Assembly (NCBI GenBank): GCA_051294905.1
Contig: CM119371.1
Location: 20,958,001 to 21,022,000 of the forward strand
Reading direction: 5' to 3'
Length of the DNA stretch: 64,000 nt
From: Botryllus schlosseri
Lineage: Eukaryota
This document shows positions 1-12,435 of the stretch, piece by piece. Each line of letters starts with the position of its first letter. The first letter of the stretch is position 1. The notes beneath the pieces were generated by a model. That model saw only the letters and a program-made list of their open reading frames with translations. It did no database searches and had not been told where the DNA came from. The position numbers were made by a program, and so were the translations under genes.

Positions 1-1558
1 TAAAATAACTTATAAATTCTCGCATCGTTATTATATAGAAACGTTTTGGTGAAAGGAAAATGTATGATATACGATAAACAGGACGCACCCGTCCAAACTT
101 CGGCGAATCATGGACCGGAGCCGGATTGGATATCCGGCCGGACTTTTTCAGTTTTGGCCGGAGTCGGATCGGAGCCGGATCAGTACTTTTTTGATACGAA
201 CAGAATCTTTATCGATAAGCATGCCTTTTGTAATTAAATAACTACCAACCGCACGCCAGTAACCGCAAAGCCAGTGCGAAAATAAACGGGCAATATTTAT
301 AAATTGACGGAGCCACTGTACCGTACCACATTTATTTCCTTGTCCAGTCATCACAACAGTCATTCCTTGACGAGGCATTTTCCCCTCCAATATTCCAGCA
401 AAGTGTTCTATATGGTGTGGGCACAAGCAAATCTCACGGCTCACTGCGATTAGTCTACGTCACACGTCCATTTGGCTAAGGCAATTTAATGGTAATTTTT
501 GACCGGCTTGCCGAGCATCAAATTAATATAACAGCAAGCAAAAGCTATCTAAGAGGTATCAATCGAATGATGCCGCTGTACTGATTACGGAAATATACAT
601 TTTATTCCGCTCATAGCCTTGGAACCCCTACAATTAGCCTCGAATTTTTCATTGTTTTGAAGATTGACATTGTGACGCAAGAATGCTGCCTGGCTAAACG
701 AAACCGCATGCCAGCAGCAAATGAGTGGCTGCGAGGCGAGAGTGAGAGTGCTCAGCTGCCATCACTGATTTCTTGATATATACCTTGCTTGTAAAAGATT
801 CTAATTGTGAAGGCAGAGCATACCCATAGGCTTATAATCCCGGCAAATATAATTTACAAGCTTTATACAGCTGATATGAATATTGTACGATCTTTCACAT
901 CCGGTCCACCTGTTCTGAAGCATAGACACGCCTATCTATTATGGTAGGTAGTCGTTGGTCCCTTATAATGCGGATATGGTACACCCCAGTACAACCCATA
1001 CGAGTGGTACACCCTTCGAAAATTATGGTACACCCGATCGTGTTCGAACACCCGACTGGATAGCCCTGAACTTTATAATGATATAGATATAGTTAGCATG
1101 ACCTGCACAACCCAGATCCATCCATGTCTATTATAAATCTCATGTATTTAACATATATGCCACGAATTGGGATAAGCGTTCATTGGGATGCAAATCAGTG
1201 AGCTCCGATTGTACGCTTAGGTATTAGGAATGTCGCATTGGGGCACTATGCCCTCAAATTCCTCAATAACTTCATGATTTCAAGCCTCTGTGAAAGAAAC
1301 CATCAAACACATACTTTTAGGCAGACAAAGTAAGGGTGGTTTTGGCGGTTCTGAAGGGCACCTATTCCGAATATGACCACAGTATTTTTGTTGAAATTGG
1401 CTCTTGTTTTGGTGAAAACCCATTGGTTCTTCGAATTGGCTTTTGTTTTGGAGATAACCCACGGGGCTATTTTGACCGGAAATCTCCCATTTTCGCTTTA
1501 TTGGCTAGATGGAACATCGGCTCAGTAGTAGTATTGCCTTCAGAAATTCAATCCAGTC

Positions 1559-2807
1559 CAGGGGTTCTCAATTGGTGGGCCATGGCCCTCTAGTGGGCCA
1601 CAGGAGCTTTTGAGGTGGGCCACAAAGCCATTCAGAAAATTTTAGAAATAATGCAAGTTTGGTGTTATTATTTTTATGATAATCGCTAAAAAGATATTTA
1701 TAATATTTAATTATACGTAGGCTACGTAAAGCTTTTTATCCAACTGTGATGATACGTAGTGGCACGCACGGAGTCAGCATGTACAAGTCGAAAAAGGGAG
1801 GAAGAAACGGCGGCTTTTCCCACTGGCCATGATAACCTATGCGGCTAACAGCAACTAATATTATTTCGAGTATATAATAACTGGAAGATAATGATTAAGT
1901 AACCAAGTATTCCGGCAGGGTCATATGTCGCATGCCACTGAAAAGGGTGTGCAATAAACTCGGAATGAAGTCTAATTGATGTATAGATTTACTGTACTTG
2001 AGCAAGTTGAATTATTGGAAGATAAAAATAGCCACAATTGCATATTATTCGCAACTTTTGGTGGAGTTATACTGCACCACCGCAACGAATCGTAATGGAT
2101 TGATGATTTAGCGGAGCGGATTGATGATTTAGCGGAGCGCATTAATCTTTGGAGTCGGTTTAAAATGTCCGCCCTGGAAATCATTATACATAATGTAAGA
2201 GTCACATGAATTGATTGTATCATCGGATTGAATATTCTGACATCGCAACTTCAGTTGGTTTGGTACAAGACATAATGTGCAATTGTGCATTGTACAGCAT
2301 GCATATTAAAAAATCTTTATCCACTTCTCTGTAGTAGGCCTACCCCATTCACCAATGAATTGTTTGAAGCTGACCAAGAATGATTATATTTATTTCCCAC
2401 AATAGTGGAACTATGTCAATCACACAGTGGATGCGTGGATTTGATCATTGGGTTTCGCGAGGCGAATGGAGCAGCAGACGATCATAACATAGACGGGGGT
2501 TTTAGCGTATGATCTACCAGGGAAGTAACTGCTGTACCCAAACCCCTAATTGCAGGAGCTCGAAGGTGTCCAAGATTAGTTCGTTGGTCGTTTGTTGAAG
2601 GATATTTATTCGAATTGAAAATTTTGGTCGCATTTAAATATCAACAGTAAATAAAGAGAAAAATGCGCATATTTCAGAGGAATAGGGATATCGGCGCCGT
2701 TAAATACCACGCATTGAACAGGAATATGACTCCAAGATAAGAGGTGGGCCACAGCACATGTTCAAACCGGAAAATTGGCCACGGCCAAGAAAGGGCTGAG
2801 ACCCCTG
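1559..2807. mobile_element. Non-autonomous hAT (Charlie-like) element
   Basis: TIRs CAGGGGTTCTCA / TGAGACCCCTG; 8-bp TSD atccagtc/atctagtc; internal ~2078-2600 is similar to ~40818-41300. Confidence 0.8.
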
Positions 2808-3089
2808 ATCTAGTCGTTATTTTTACACTCAGAAGACTCTTTTAAATGATAATACAGCAACAGCACTATATTTAGGGGTATTGACTTCTCATATTTATAG
2901 ACTTTCACGAATATCATGTACATAAATAAACTCCGGTAATGTATAGAAGTATATTCCAAGATACTCAAATGTGACAGTAATTCAATCAGTTTGACGTCAC
3001 CCACCTATTGTAAATTTGAAATAATCAGTTCCCATATAATATTATTAATTTATTTTGAAGCACAATTTTTTTTGCGATGTTCGCCTGTA

Positions 3090-4304
3090 AGCAATTTAGT
3101 GCAGTTTCTCGAAAGGTTCCAGCTAAGGTCTCTCATGATATCTTCATGTCATCTGCCCTGATATCTTTATTTTCCTGTTTTGATGTCTTGGTGGAACCTT
3201 TCCCCTTGCTAATCAACAAGATGATCAGGTAATATATTATGATGACTGAACAGGAAGTGAACGTTTATGCTCGTGTTTGTTCCGAGTTTTCCATATGCAG
3301 ATACGAATTTTTGGACAAACTGTTTGTAGTTGGGTGATTTGTGATCATCTAAAAAGTTTCATTCACTACATATTAGAAGAAATTCCATACAGTGAACTCC
3401 TTAATCTGAGATTGGAATCTTTTATCCTTATTCAAATCCAAAATATATCAAATATACCAGGTTTAAGCTTCTCGTTTGATAGCGATGCTAGGTGTACCCA
3501 TTTTATTGACTCAGCGGGGAAATTTTGCATTTACAAGTGAAATAAAATGAGACGCATATGAGTATTGTAGTTAAGGTTTTCAAAGACAAATTTTATAGTT
3601 TTATGCTCCTCTTTAATCTTGGTAGAATGACCACTTGATAAGCAAAATGTGTATTTCCATTGTGCAAAGTACAATAGTAAGGTTTGATAAGCTGCTTTTT
3701 GGACAAACAAAATTTCGCATCAGGTCTATCAATATTGTCAGAATGCCGTCAAGAAGAGAGTGTCACCAATTATTTATTGACTTGTCGAAATTATAGACAC
3801 CATAGTAAGAGTTGTCGAGAACATGTGTCGGAGGAAGAATATCGCTCCAGCCGGAACGAACTTGTTGACGAACGCGCGTATTCATCCAGACGTTGTGGAA
3901 TTTGTTCTTGCCACGAAGCTATATATTTGAGTTTATACATTGTAATGTAATGCCCACCCCTAGATGTTAAATGCTTTTTGGGATATGGAAACAAAACCAC
4001 CTGCGTTATAATCGCTAATCAAATGATAATCAACAACAACTGAGAACGACATGAGGGTTCTTCAAAGTAAATTATATAATAATGCGCAGTATAAATTTAG
4101 TAACAAACTACGATTTTCGTACTACAAAGTGAAATATTCAAGGGTAAATACAGTAATTTGGGGCTTTTTAGCGGTATAAATATCTTCTCAACATGAGCCA
4201 ATCTGGCAAAACTAAAGTTATATTTGTCGTAAGCAACCGCGAAAACCCCAGACACGGCACTCAGATGTTCTGCCCAAAAGAAAAAATCATTTTGTTGACC
4301 AGTG
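3090..4304 (-). mobile_element. Degenerate Chapaev3-like (CMC) DNA transposon remnant
   Basis: Minus-strand fragments SGHSTKIKEEHKTIKFVFENLNY, LSNEKLKPGIFD and a frameshifted QG-RFHQDIK...RYQGR...IMRDLSWNL; terminus CACTGGTCAACAAAA starts at 4304 on the minus strand; many stops and frameshifts. Confidence 0.65.
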
Positions 4305-4339
4305 TAATCAATAAGAAGATAATTATATGTAACATATTT

Positions 4340-4551
4340 TCATCAAATATCTAATTCAATTTCGCGAGTAACAAACATCATGTACGGCTTGTTTCCGGAC
4401 AATAAACTTTTTTAAGCCTCTCAATTGCTCAATTTCCATGCACAGTACATGGACGAATTCCGTTGCAATCAAAATGAAGTTATTGGTTTCGTGTTTCGTC
4501 CAAGATGTGCCCGTCGTGTCAGAGCGGTTAATTTGATACGAAAAGTGTATC
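4340..4551 (+). pseudogene. Possible decayed last exon of an upstream atlastin-like GTPase domain
   Basis: SRVTNIMYGLFPDNKLF / (frameshift) KPLNCS...MKLLVSCFVQDVPVVSERLI* resembles atlastin [23 protein letters not shown]...YIKIYQGEELP; splice sites unclear; flanked by transposons ending at 4304 and starting at 4600. Confidence 0.3.
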
Positions 4552-4599
4552 GTAACCAAATACCAAGAAACTTGTCGAAGATACCGCATCAGCATAGAT

Positions 4600-5583
4600 C
4601 AGGGGTGGGCAAACTTTTGAGCTCGCGGGCCGCATTCAACATCTGAATCCATTCGCGGGCCGCACTATATAAAATTGGGATTATACACCAAAACGCAATA
4701 TTGGTATTTGATTATATAATGAGGACATGGAGATAATAGATATGCTTATTTAAAACATACCAAACATTACTTTGATTATATCGTACAAGCGTGAGAAACA
4801 GTGGCGAGATTTCATAGGCTGGTCGACCTCAATAACCAATTAATCAAAACTACAGAGATGAAAGTCGGTTGTCCCGATTCTTAGAATAGGATTGAAATAT
4901 AAATCTGTGAGCAGCGATCTGTTCATAGATTTACCAATTTTACTTTTGGTACAGTTCCAGGACACACAATGCTAACAGCATCATAACCATGTTAGCTTCA
5001 AACACGCTTCTACTATTTGTAGACAAAATATAAATGCCCTATAATTATACGCATACAGAGAACGAATCTACCTAAGACACGCGCGAATCCTTTTTATAAG
5101 CACACCACTGAAATAAATAAAACTGGAGTGGCCAATCTGAAATCACACTCGTGATCCGAATTATGCCAATCTTGTATAGAATTTCTGTGATGTTTAACAA
5201 TTGAAATCTTTGAAACTGCGTGGACATTGAGATCGGGCTGTCGGGCTGCCAGAAATTGAACATAAAAAAATAGGAAGTATTTACGTTAGAATTGTATGTA
5301 AATCGCGCGTAGCGCGATAAAAAAATCCGTCGAGCTCAGCTCCGTGCCCTCGTCAGATGCTTTCACGACCCCCAAGGGGGCACGCCCCTCCGTTTGAAAC
5401 AACTGTCTTAGAATTATTACGGTGAAGTATACTAAAAAAAGTTTCATCAAGTCCCCGCATTAATTCGATATTTAGCACGCATTTCATCAATATTTTTAAT
5501 AAGTTTCTTTAAACTCTCGCGGGCCGCACATAACGGTGTTGAGGGCTGCATGCGGCCCGCGGGCCGTAGTTTGCCCACCCCTG
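4600..5583. mobile_element. Non-autonomous hAT (Charlie-like) element
   Basis: TIRs CAGGGGTGGGCAAACT / AGTTTGCCCACCCCTG; TSD gcatagat/gcgtagat; GCGGGCCGC subterminal motifs. Confidence 0.85.
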
Positions 5584-5730
5584 GCGTAGATGAACGGCTG
5601 AGCTGGAGTATTCACTCGATGACCGATATGTCCGCTGACTTGGGTGTGAGCAACAAAAATTCTTTTTGTGATCGGCTGAGTCGCTCGAAACCAAGAGAGG
5701 TTGTGCATAGAAAAGCAGCAAATAACATAT

Positions 5731-5995
5731 GTGGCGATATAGCGTAGTGTTGGGACCAGAGCTGCAAAACAGGGTTCGAGTCCTACCCAGATCGAATCCA
5801 GAATTTAACTAAAGTGTCTAAGGTTTATCTAGGTTCCTGCTGGGCATGTGATCCGCGTAAGCGATGTCTTTAAAATGCCTCCAACTGGGCCGTGCTATAA
5901 GTCGGTAAATATGGAACCTTAATAAAGAATATCGGTCTGGTGTAAAATGACCAATGTAGTCGAAAGGCCATAACTACAATAAACAACAGCAATGA
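5731..5995 (+). mobile_element. tRNA-derived SINE, near full length
   Basis: A-box-like TAGCGTAGTGTTGG and B-box GGTTCGAGTCC (5773-5783); body (TCCGCGTAAGC...TGGGCCGTGCTATAAGT...CTGGTGTAAA) recurs at 34720-34915 (-), ~30170-30335 (+) and ~26415-26650 (-); AAC-rich tail. Confidence 0.65.
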
Positions 5996-6155
5996 TATGA
6001 CAGCTTTAATTTCGGACTGACTTCAATGAGTTGGTGTAAACTAAGGATATGAAATTGCACATCGTTTTATGCAACGTCATCTCTGCTCCCGTCATGCTTT
6101 CAAAACACAAGACTAACTAAATCGCATCCCCGATAGTCGTGCTGTTCTTCTAGAT

Positions 6156-6861
6156 CAGTGGTTCCCAATCTTTTTTGACTTGTTCCCCCTTTGGCCGATA
6201 TTTTAGCTAGAATTTCCCCCTATGAAAAAGTATCCTGTTACAAAAATGTAACGCAGCTATTTGTTGACTGAGCAATTAATGGCGAAACATATTCAGATAT
6301 GTCCGAACCATGGCGAATGCGGATTGCACTAAACTTTGATAAAGTATAGTCAAATTTGACCTGTTTTTGACCGATCGGGTAGCCGCTGACCAAAAATAAA
6401 TCACCAAGTCCGCTTTCTATGGACGTGAGTTGAATCGATGAATTTGGTACGGTATGTTTTTCACGTTGGCTCATATGTTGGTTTAAAAAGTTAAACAATT
6501 TCACAAGCGGCCTTGTTGTGAATTCGGCTTGACGTTATCCTGCTTAGTAGCAATTTGGTTGAGGGGCTGTCGCGGACCCAACAAAATAATCTCCTGAGCA
6601 TCACTTTATCAGGGGGTGTAATAGCTACGCAAGGTATTTAAACATATACCTAGCTTGAAATCCGCCAAAGAAACATACAATTGTAAAGAACTAAATTAAC
6701 AGTTCCATACCATAAAAATCTAAAGACCTTGTGAACCCAGTGTATCTTCCGATACAATGCCAAAGCTAGATTTCCCTTTCAAAATTAAGCCAGATTACCC
6801 CCTGAAAATTTCAAAATTCCCCCCAAAGGAGGGAATCCCCCCCCCCGGTTGGGAACCACTG
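6156..6861. mobile_element. Non-autonomous hAT element, family A copy 1
   Basis: TIRs CAGTGGTTCCCAA / TTGGGAACCACTG; TSD ttctagat/tcctagct; homologous to 34333-35234, 58387-60570 and 63691-64000. Confidence 0.85.
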
Positions 6862-6899
6862 TCCTAGCTAGTTATGAAATTCCAAATAACTATCTAAAA

Positions 6900-8085
6900 C
6901 AGGGGTCATCGACCTTTTTGCAGCCAAGAGCTACTTACTTCTTGGGTACTGATTAAAGCGACGGGGTACTATTCACTCGCGCCGCTTACCCGTCCAGACT
7001 GAATTTCCACTTTGATATTCATATTTCATATATAGCACTGGAAAGGAATCATATTGCGGTAAGACTTCTAAGACAGTCTTGTAAAAGCAAAACATCTGCT
7101 TTCAACTAGCTAGTCACTAACATTTTTCAAGAAACAATGAATTACTTCGCACCTTGTTTGTATACATAGCCCAAGCAGTACTTCGTCTGCTCATACAGCC
7201 CCCCCCCAACCTCCCCAATAAGGACGTTGCTGTTGAGCCCCATATGATAATAAACCCCCCCTTGCCAACGTTTTGCTACAACCAGTACAGTACGTTTTAC
7301 TTTCATAGGGGGCCTGTGAATAACTGTAAGCAGTCGCTCAGGGCTTCAAAAAATTATCATATTCAGGTTGGAAATTTTGTCTATAATATTGGTAATTGCT
7401 ATATAATATAATGCTATCAAATTTTCAACGTCTCTCATACTACGTTATAAGATTTACTGGCAGAGCTGAAGGAGTTGGTGACTTCAAATAACGATAAAAA
7501 ACGCATCCCTATTCCGCACCAAAGACAATTGGCAATTTTTGGTTTCGGTCAACATGCGGAGGTCATTTTAAACTTTTTGTGGTAGTTGCTTGACTCAAGG
7601 AGCGCTGAGTCTGATTACTCAGATCGCGCGGCTGTTAAGTGCGGTTTTATTTGGTAACACACTCCGCGAAGTCGCATGTTGGCCGAAACTTTAGAAGTCT
7701 TGGTATTGGTTTAGGTAATGACCGTCGCTGAAATGCCAAATTTGTTTTATAAATAACGAGTTATCTTTTGTCTTTGCGCTAAGGGTAACCATACTAAAAA
7801 GTAAACATTTGAGTACAGTAAACCACGTGGAGCGCGGGGGAAATTTGAAGTTCTCATTGATTTACGTGTGAGCTATAAGCTCAAGTTGGGTAATAGATAG
7901 GATTAGACACCAAAATCGCAAAAATATGTATATGCTACGAGCTACAATCATTTCTAAATGACGTGTGAGTGTGATTTAAAGAAGCTAATTCAATCAATCA
8001 CTCCATATATCGTAGCTCACTGGTAAATCCTGCTATTCGATCTATTATTGGAACAGTCTCGCGGGCACCGCGTTGGTGACCCCTG
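6900..8085. mobile_element. Non-autonomous hAT element
   Basis: TIRs CAGGGGTCATCGAC / GTTGGTGACCCCTG; TSD atctaaaa/acctgaaa. Confidence 0.75.
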
Positions 8086-8234
8086 ACCTGAAAGAATGTA
8101 CGGATTTACCATAATAATCGATCAATAGTTTGCTAAACTACAAGAATACAATCAAGAAATTTATCGTTACGAGTCCTTGAGTCATTACTCTTCTGTTCTG
8201 TTGTGCATATAGTAATATAGGTTTATTCATACAG

Positions 8235-8303
8235 GCAAATGAAAGAGTTGCGTACGAAGACAAGTACGAACAAGCGTATAAGGAATTTTCTGAGAAGATC
8301 CAG
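8235..8303 (+). CDS. Helical-repeat (atlastin/GBP 3HB-like) gene, module 1 short exon
   Basis: ttcatacag|...|gtcaga; 69 nt, phase 0-0; ANERVAYEDKYEQAYKEFSEKIQ. Confidence 0.85.
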
Positions 8304-9154
8304 GTCAGAATATTTTACAATCTGTTATTAAAATATAAAAGCTGGCAACACAATTAGACGGAAACATTCACTCATTGAATTTCTAACCACGAATCATTGC
8401 TCGACACCAACCATTGGATTATGCATTTTACATATCTAGTTTATCCTTGTATATATTTTCAGATGCATGGTATTTTTGAATTTTTATGAGATCAGAAACC
8501 ATCATTCCAAGATTTATTGCGTCTGACACGAAACCTGCACCAGACATGATCAAATGCAATCCAATTACTTATTGGTATGCAACAATATATCGATAGATAT
8601 ATTGGCGAAGAGGTCGCGATTAAGACCTACGATTGATATTTTAGGAGTGTCGCGCTATATGGTGAATCATTCGGACCCCTATTAAGTGCACGACCAGTAC
8701 TCCCGCCATGTTGCGGTGGCTGAACTGCCGATATGGTTCTGTGTAAGCTGTCTTCCCTTAAACTTACAACGCCGCAAAGTCCTATAAGTTTACTGATCTA
8801 AATATACGCGATCTTGAAGTACGGTAGAAACAATATATTGCTCAAAGCTCCACTTGATCGGATTTCCTTATATCCAAACTATAATACGACACAGCAGTAG
8901 CACGAATAAGATATTGTCCCAAGATAATTGTTAGTTACAGTGGGGAAACGTTTGGTGAGCCAATTACTATTGATACACACAGATCCCACTAGTATAAGTG
9001 CCCGGTCGTGACGCGTAAAATATAATAGATAAACAAGCGACCGGAAATCAGAAAAGGCGCATTTTGGAGTCAGAAACGCTGTATTTTGAGCTGCCTGGTG
9101 GTCGAAAATAGGCCTTTCGGAAGTCAGAAACGCTGTATTTCGGAAGTCACATTC

Positions 9155-9412
9155 GCTGCATTTTGACCTGTGTGATACGCTAAAAGTGTCCTATATCTTT
9201 TCGCAAAATATAATCAATAAGCCGACACAGGAATTTAGAAACGCGGTGCGTTGTGCAACCTGATTTTGGAACAGATGTTCGCAGCTGCATTTTGATCTGT
9301 GTGATACGCTAAAAGGGTCCTATATCTTTTCGCAAAATATAATCAATAAGCCGACACAGGAAATTCAGAAACGCGGCCCGTTGTGCAAGCGGATTTTGAA
9401 AAACAGATGTCC
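9155..9412. repeat. Direct tandem duplication, ~129-bp unit x2
   Basis: GCTGCATTTTGA.CTGTGTGATACGCTAAAAG.GTCCTATATCTTTTCGCAAAATATAATCAATAAGCCGACACAGG occurs at ~9155 and ~9284. Confidence 0.85.
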
Positions 9413-11170
9413 GGGCGCGCGCTACCTATATTCCGTGTGACAAATGATTCTGGCATCCTGCCCGCTAACATCCTGAATTGTTTCCCGTGAAAACAGCTGG
9501 TTGGATGTTTTGTTCGGCTACAGTATACTGAACTATCGTAATATGGTATCGAGTATTACACTAGTCCAGTCAGTTCTATTACATTCAGCAGTATTCAGTA
9601 ATCAGTATTCAGCAGCGACACGAAAATATCACTTATTTCTGCTCTAACCCAAATCCTTTGCGAAGTTTACGCTTATTCAAAAAAGGTCTGAAACAATTGT
9701 AAAATCCTACCGTCGCTCATAGGATAATGCTTCAGACAAAGCGATATCTCAATCACTGCACAACCGAAGTTGAATCGTATCGGAACGCGTAAATTTGTCA
9801 CCTTGACATCAAGATTCGAACACCAACAACTTGGTGCTTTATGTTCTAACTCTAATTCTTTGCGAGTTAATCTTTTTCGCGACCAAAATCACTACACAAC
9901 TGAAGCTGAATTGTTGTCGAATGCGTTAATTCGTCACCTCGACATCGAAATAATCTTATCCAAAGTCTTTAAACATGGTACTGTGCTATATCCGCTATTA
10001 CGAATAGCGTTTCTCACTTGTAATGTCCACATATTGATTTGAAACACGTAAATTCATGAACTCCTACAACTTTATTAGCTATCCAGTTATTTTTGTCGTA
10101 GCTGGAAATGTAATCGCTAGTACATCTTACCATGGACAAGAGAGTTATTCGCAACAACATTCACACGTGTTAATCCAATTTTCACTTACTCGATTAGATC
10201 ACTACAACTTGCAAACTTAAATAATTCATCCTGGTTGTATTCATATGACTGGTCTTTTTTTTATTTTATTCAACTGTAAAAGTCGTTACTATTCTGAAAG
10301 TCAAAGTAATAACTCCGTGCATATACGACTTAACATATTAAACATATTATGTTTCGAGTACACAAGTTTGATTACCCGGTCGATCGCAGAAGAGAATTAT
10401 TTTATCGCAAGTGAATCGTATATTACAGTGTAAAAAATATAGGAATGTCAGCACCTCTTACGGGTATAGTTGTTACCACATTCACTAATTTATCCGGCTA
10501 ACTCGTCATGATCATTCTTGAAATCAATGCAAACCTGGTCACTGACTTGAGTTAACCACAAAACAGCATCATTTTTTTAATTCTGCGTGCAGCTGTTGGA
10601 TTATTCACATTCGTCGATAGAGAATATTATTGAACTCGTAAGTATGCTATTTCAACGAACTTTCGTTTTATTCCAACCGCGAAAAATAACGTCCAATCGT
10701 AAGACTTGAATCAAATCACACATTTGTTTGATGATAACACACATACAACAAAAACATTATCGTGATTTTGTAAACTGGTCATACTAATCAATGCATTTGC
10801 CAATATTAAAATACAAGTCGTCAGACCCTTTTGTTTAAAGTATCATTTTTGTAAACTGGTCATGATAAGGCGAGGTCGGCAATGACGAATCCAGATGATA
10901 AAGATCCTGCGAGTAAAAGATTGATAGAATCCTGGTTCGATGCATTGGTGTCCATTGGTGTTGCGACCCGTCCACTGTGTGCGACCTACAACGCCACTCG
11001 CCTTGCCATTTGAAATTTATTGTATGAACAATGCATCATTGCATATAAAAATCTCATGTATATATATTCAATACTTTACTTGAAAGTCGTCGCTTACATG
11101 TTTACTATTTTTAAACTAGCCATTGAACAATGATATCTAGTAGTCCATTGATGATTGTCTATTTATATAG

Positions 11171-11380
11171 AAAAGCATTTGTGGCGAATCCTTAGCGAAA
11201 ATCGAGACATCGTACGAGAAACTTTCGGCCGAGATTCTTCACACTTTTGACGAAGGAGTATCGCAATGGAAGGAGGCCAGTGAAAAAGGAAAACAACATG
11301 AAGAGAAATACAGAAATAAGCTTGTGCTTCATATGCAATATGCTATATCAGGGAAGGTTGAGGAATGGAAAATCCAGGAA
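11171..11380 (+). CDS. Helical-repeat gene, module 1 long exon
   Basis: tttatatag|...|gtatgg; 210 nt, phase 0-0; KSICGESLAKIETSYEKLSAEILHTFDEG...YRNKLVLHMQYAISGKVEEWKIQE. Confidence 0.88.
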
Positions 11381-11544
11381 GTATGGTTACGCTGTCTTTT
11401 TACACCCATTAAAATTTCCTTTCGCTTATTTTCAACTGTGAATTCTTTTAAATTGATATTTGTACTTACATGTCGTGCGTGCTGCGTTTCAAGCCTGTAC
11501 GTATATATTGAACTGGAAAATTTTATACAAAATGACTTAACACC

Positions 11545-12425
11545 TAGTAGTGTTTTCTTGGGGTTTTAAGGTTGCTGATTACGAATATCACTTTGGATTT
11601 GCCAGGTTTACTTTGGTTTAGAAGACACATGTACCATAAATACCACAAAATTGTACTTATGCGCAAATGAATTATGTGCCAATTGGTTTTTCTACCACAA
11701 TGAAAATGTTGTATGGAGCTATTCAAATTCGTCCCTGAAAAGCTTATCTGCGATACTTATACAGGGCTCATCACTGTTGACTTTTAAATGGTTATTTGTT
11801 TTGCAAGGCTAACAAAGTGGGCATCTCTGCTATATATGTTTTTGGTACAGCAGGGCCAGAGTCCAGCTACCGCAATGTACACTGATTCAAAGTCATGGTT
11901 TTGCTTTTGAGCCTAATAACTCTGTTAGTGTGTCAATAACTCTTTAAAAGGGTGGATCCGGAATATCTTCGAGTTTGCTAAATGTTTTACTGCAATTGAT
12001 GTTGTATAGAAAGAAAACTTCCTCTTTTCATCAAATTGTGGTTAACAAAGCAGTTTTAAAGGCACTTAACAAAGGGAGGAATAGTAGTTCATTTGCAGAT
12101 AATTTCGGGAACTCTCTTTAGTAGACCTCAGATTTGAATGCGGATGTCATGTTATAATTCAATATAAATAGAATAGCTTAATGCGTCTAATTATTGCAAG
12201 TAAGTAATAAAAATACCTCTATGGAAATTTCCCAAGCTACCAAATACAAAGAGTTGGTTCACAATTGTAATCTGCACGTGGAAAACATGAACATCAAAGT
12301 TCACTTCCTGTTCAGTCACATTGATATATTTCTTGATCATCTTGGTGATTAAGAGTGAAGATCAAGGGAAAGGCTTCACCAATACATCAAAACAACAACA
12401 TATAGGTGTCAGGGCAGATGAGATA
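11545..12425 (+). mobile_element. Degenerate Chapaev3-like transposase remnant
   Basis: Fragments QSGHLCYICFWYSRAR, IKLWLTKQF/KALNK, MNIKVHFLFSHIDIFLDHLGD and SEDQG/RLHQYIKT (H..H...LG..SE.GE.H pattern of RAG1/Transib/Chapaev); many stops; boundaries approximate. Confidence 0.7.
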
Positions 12426-12435
12426 CACATATAGT

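Noticed and set aside
664..750. Possible exon IDIVTQECC...EWLRGE after ttttgaag
   Set aside because: No similarity to the gene modules or G domain, donor phase incompatible, and it lies among MITE-like sequence
5731..5800. tRNA gene
   Set aside because: Has A/B boxes but no complete cloverleaf, and continues into a repeated SINE body
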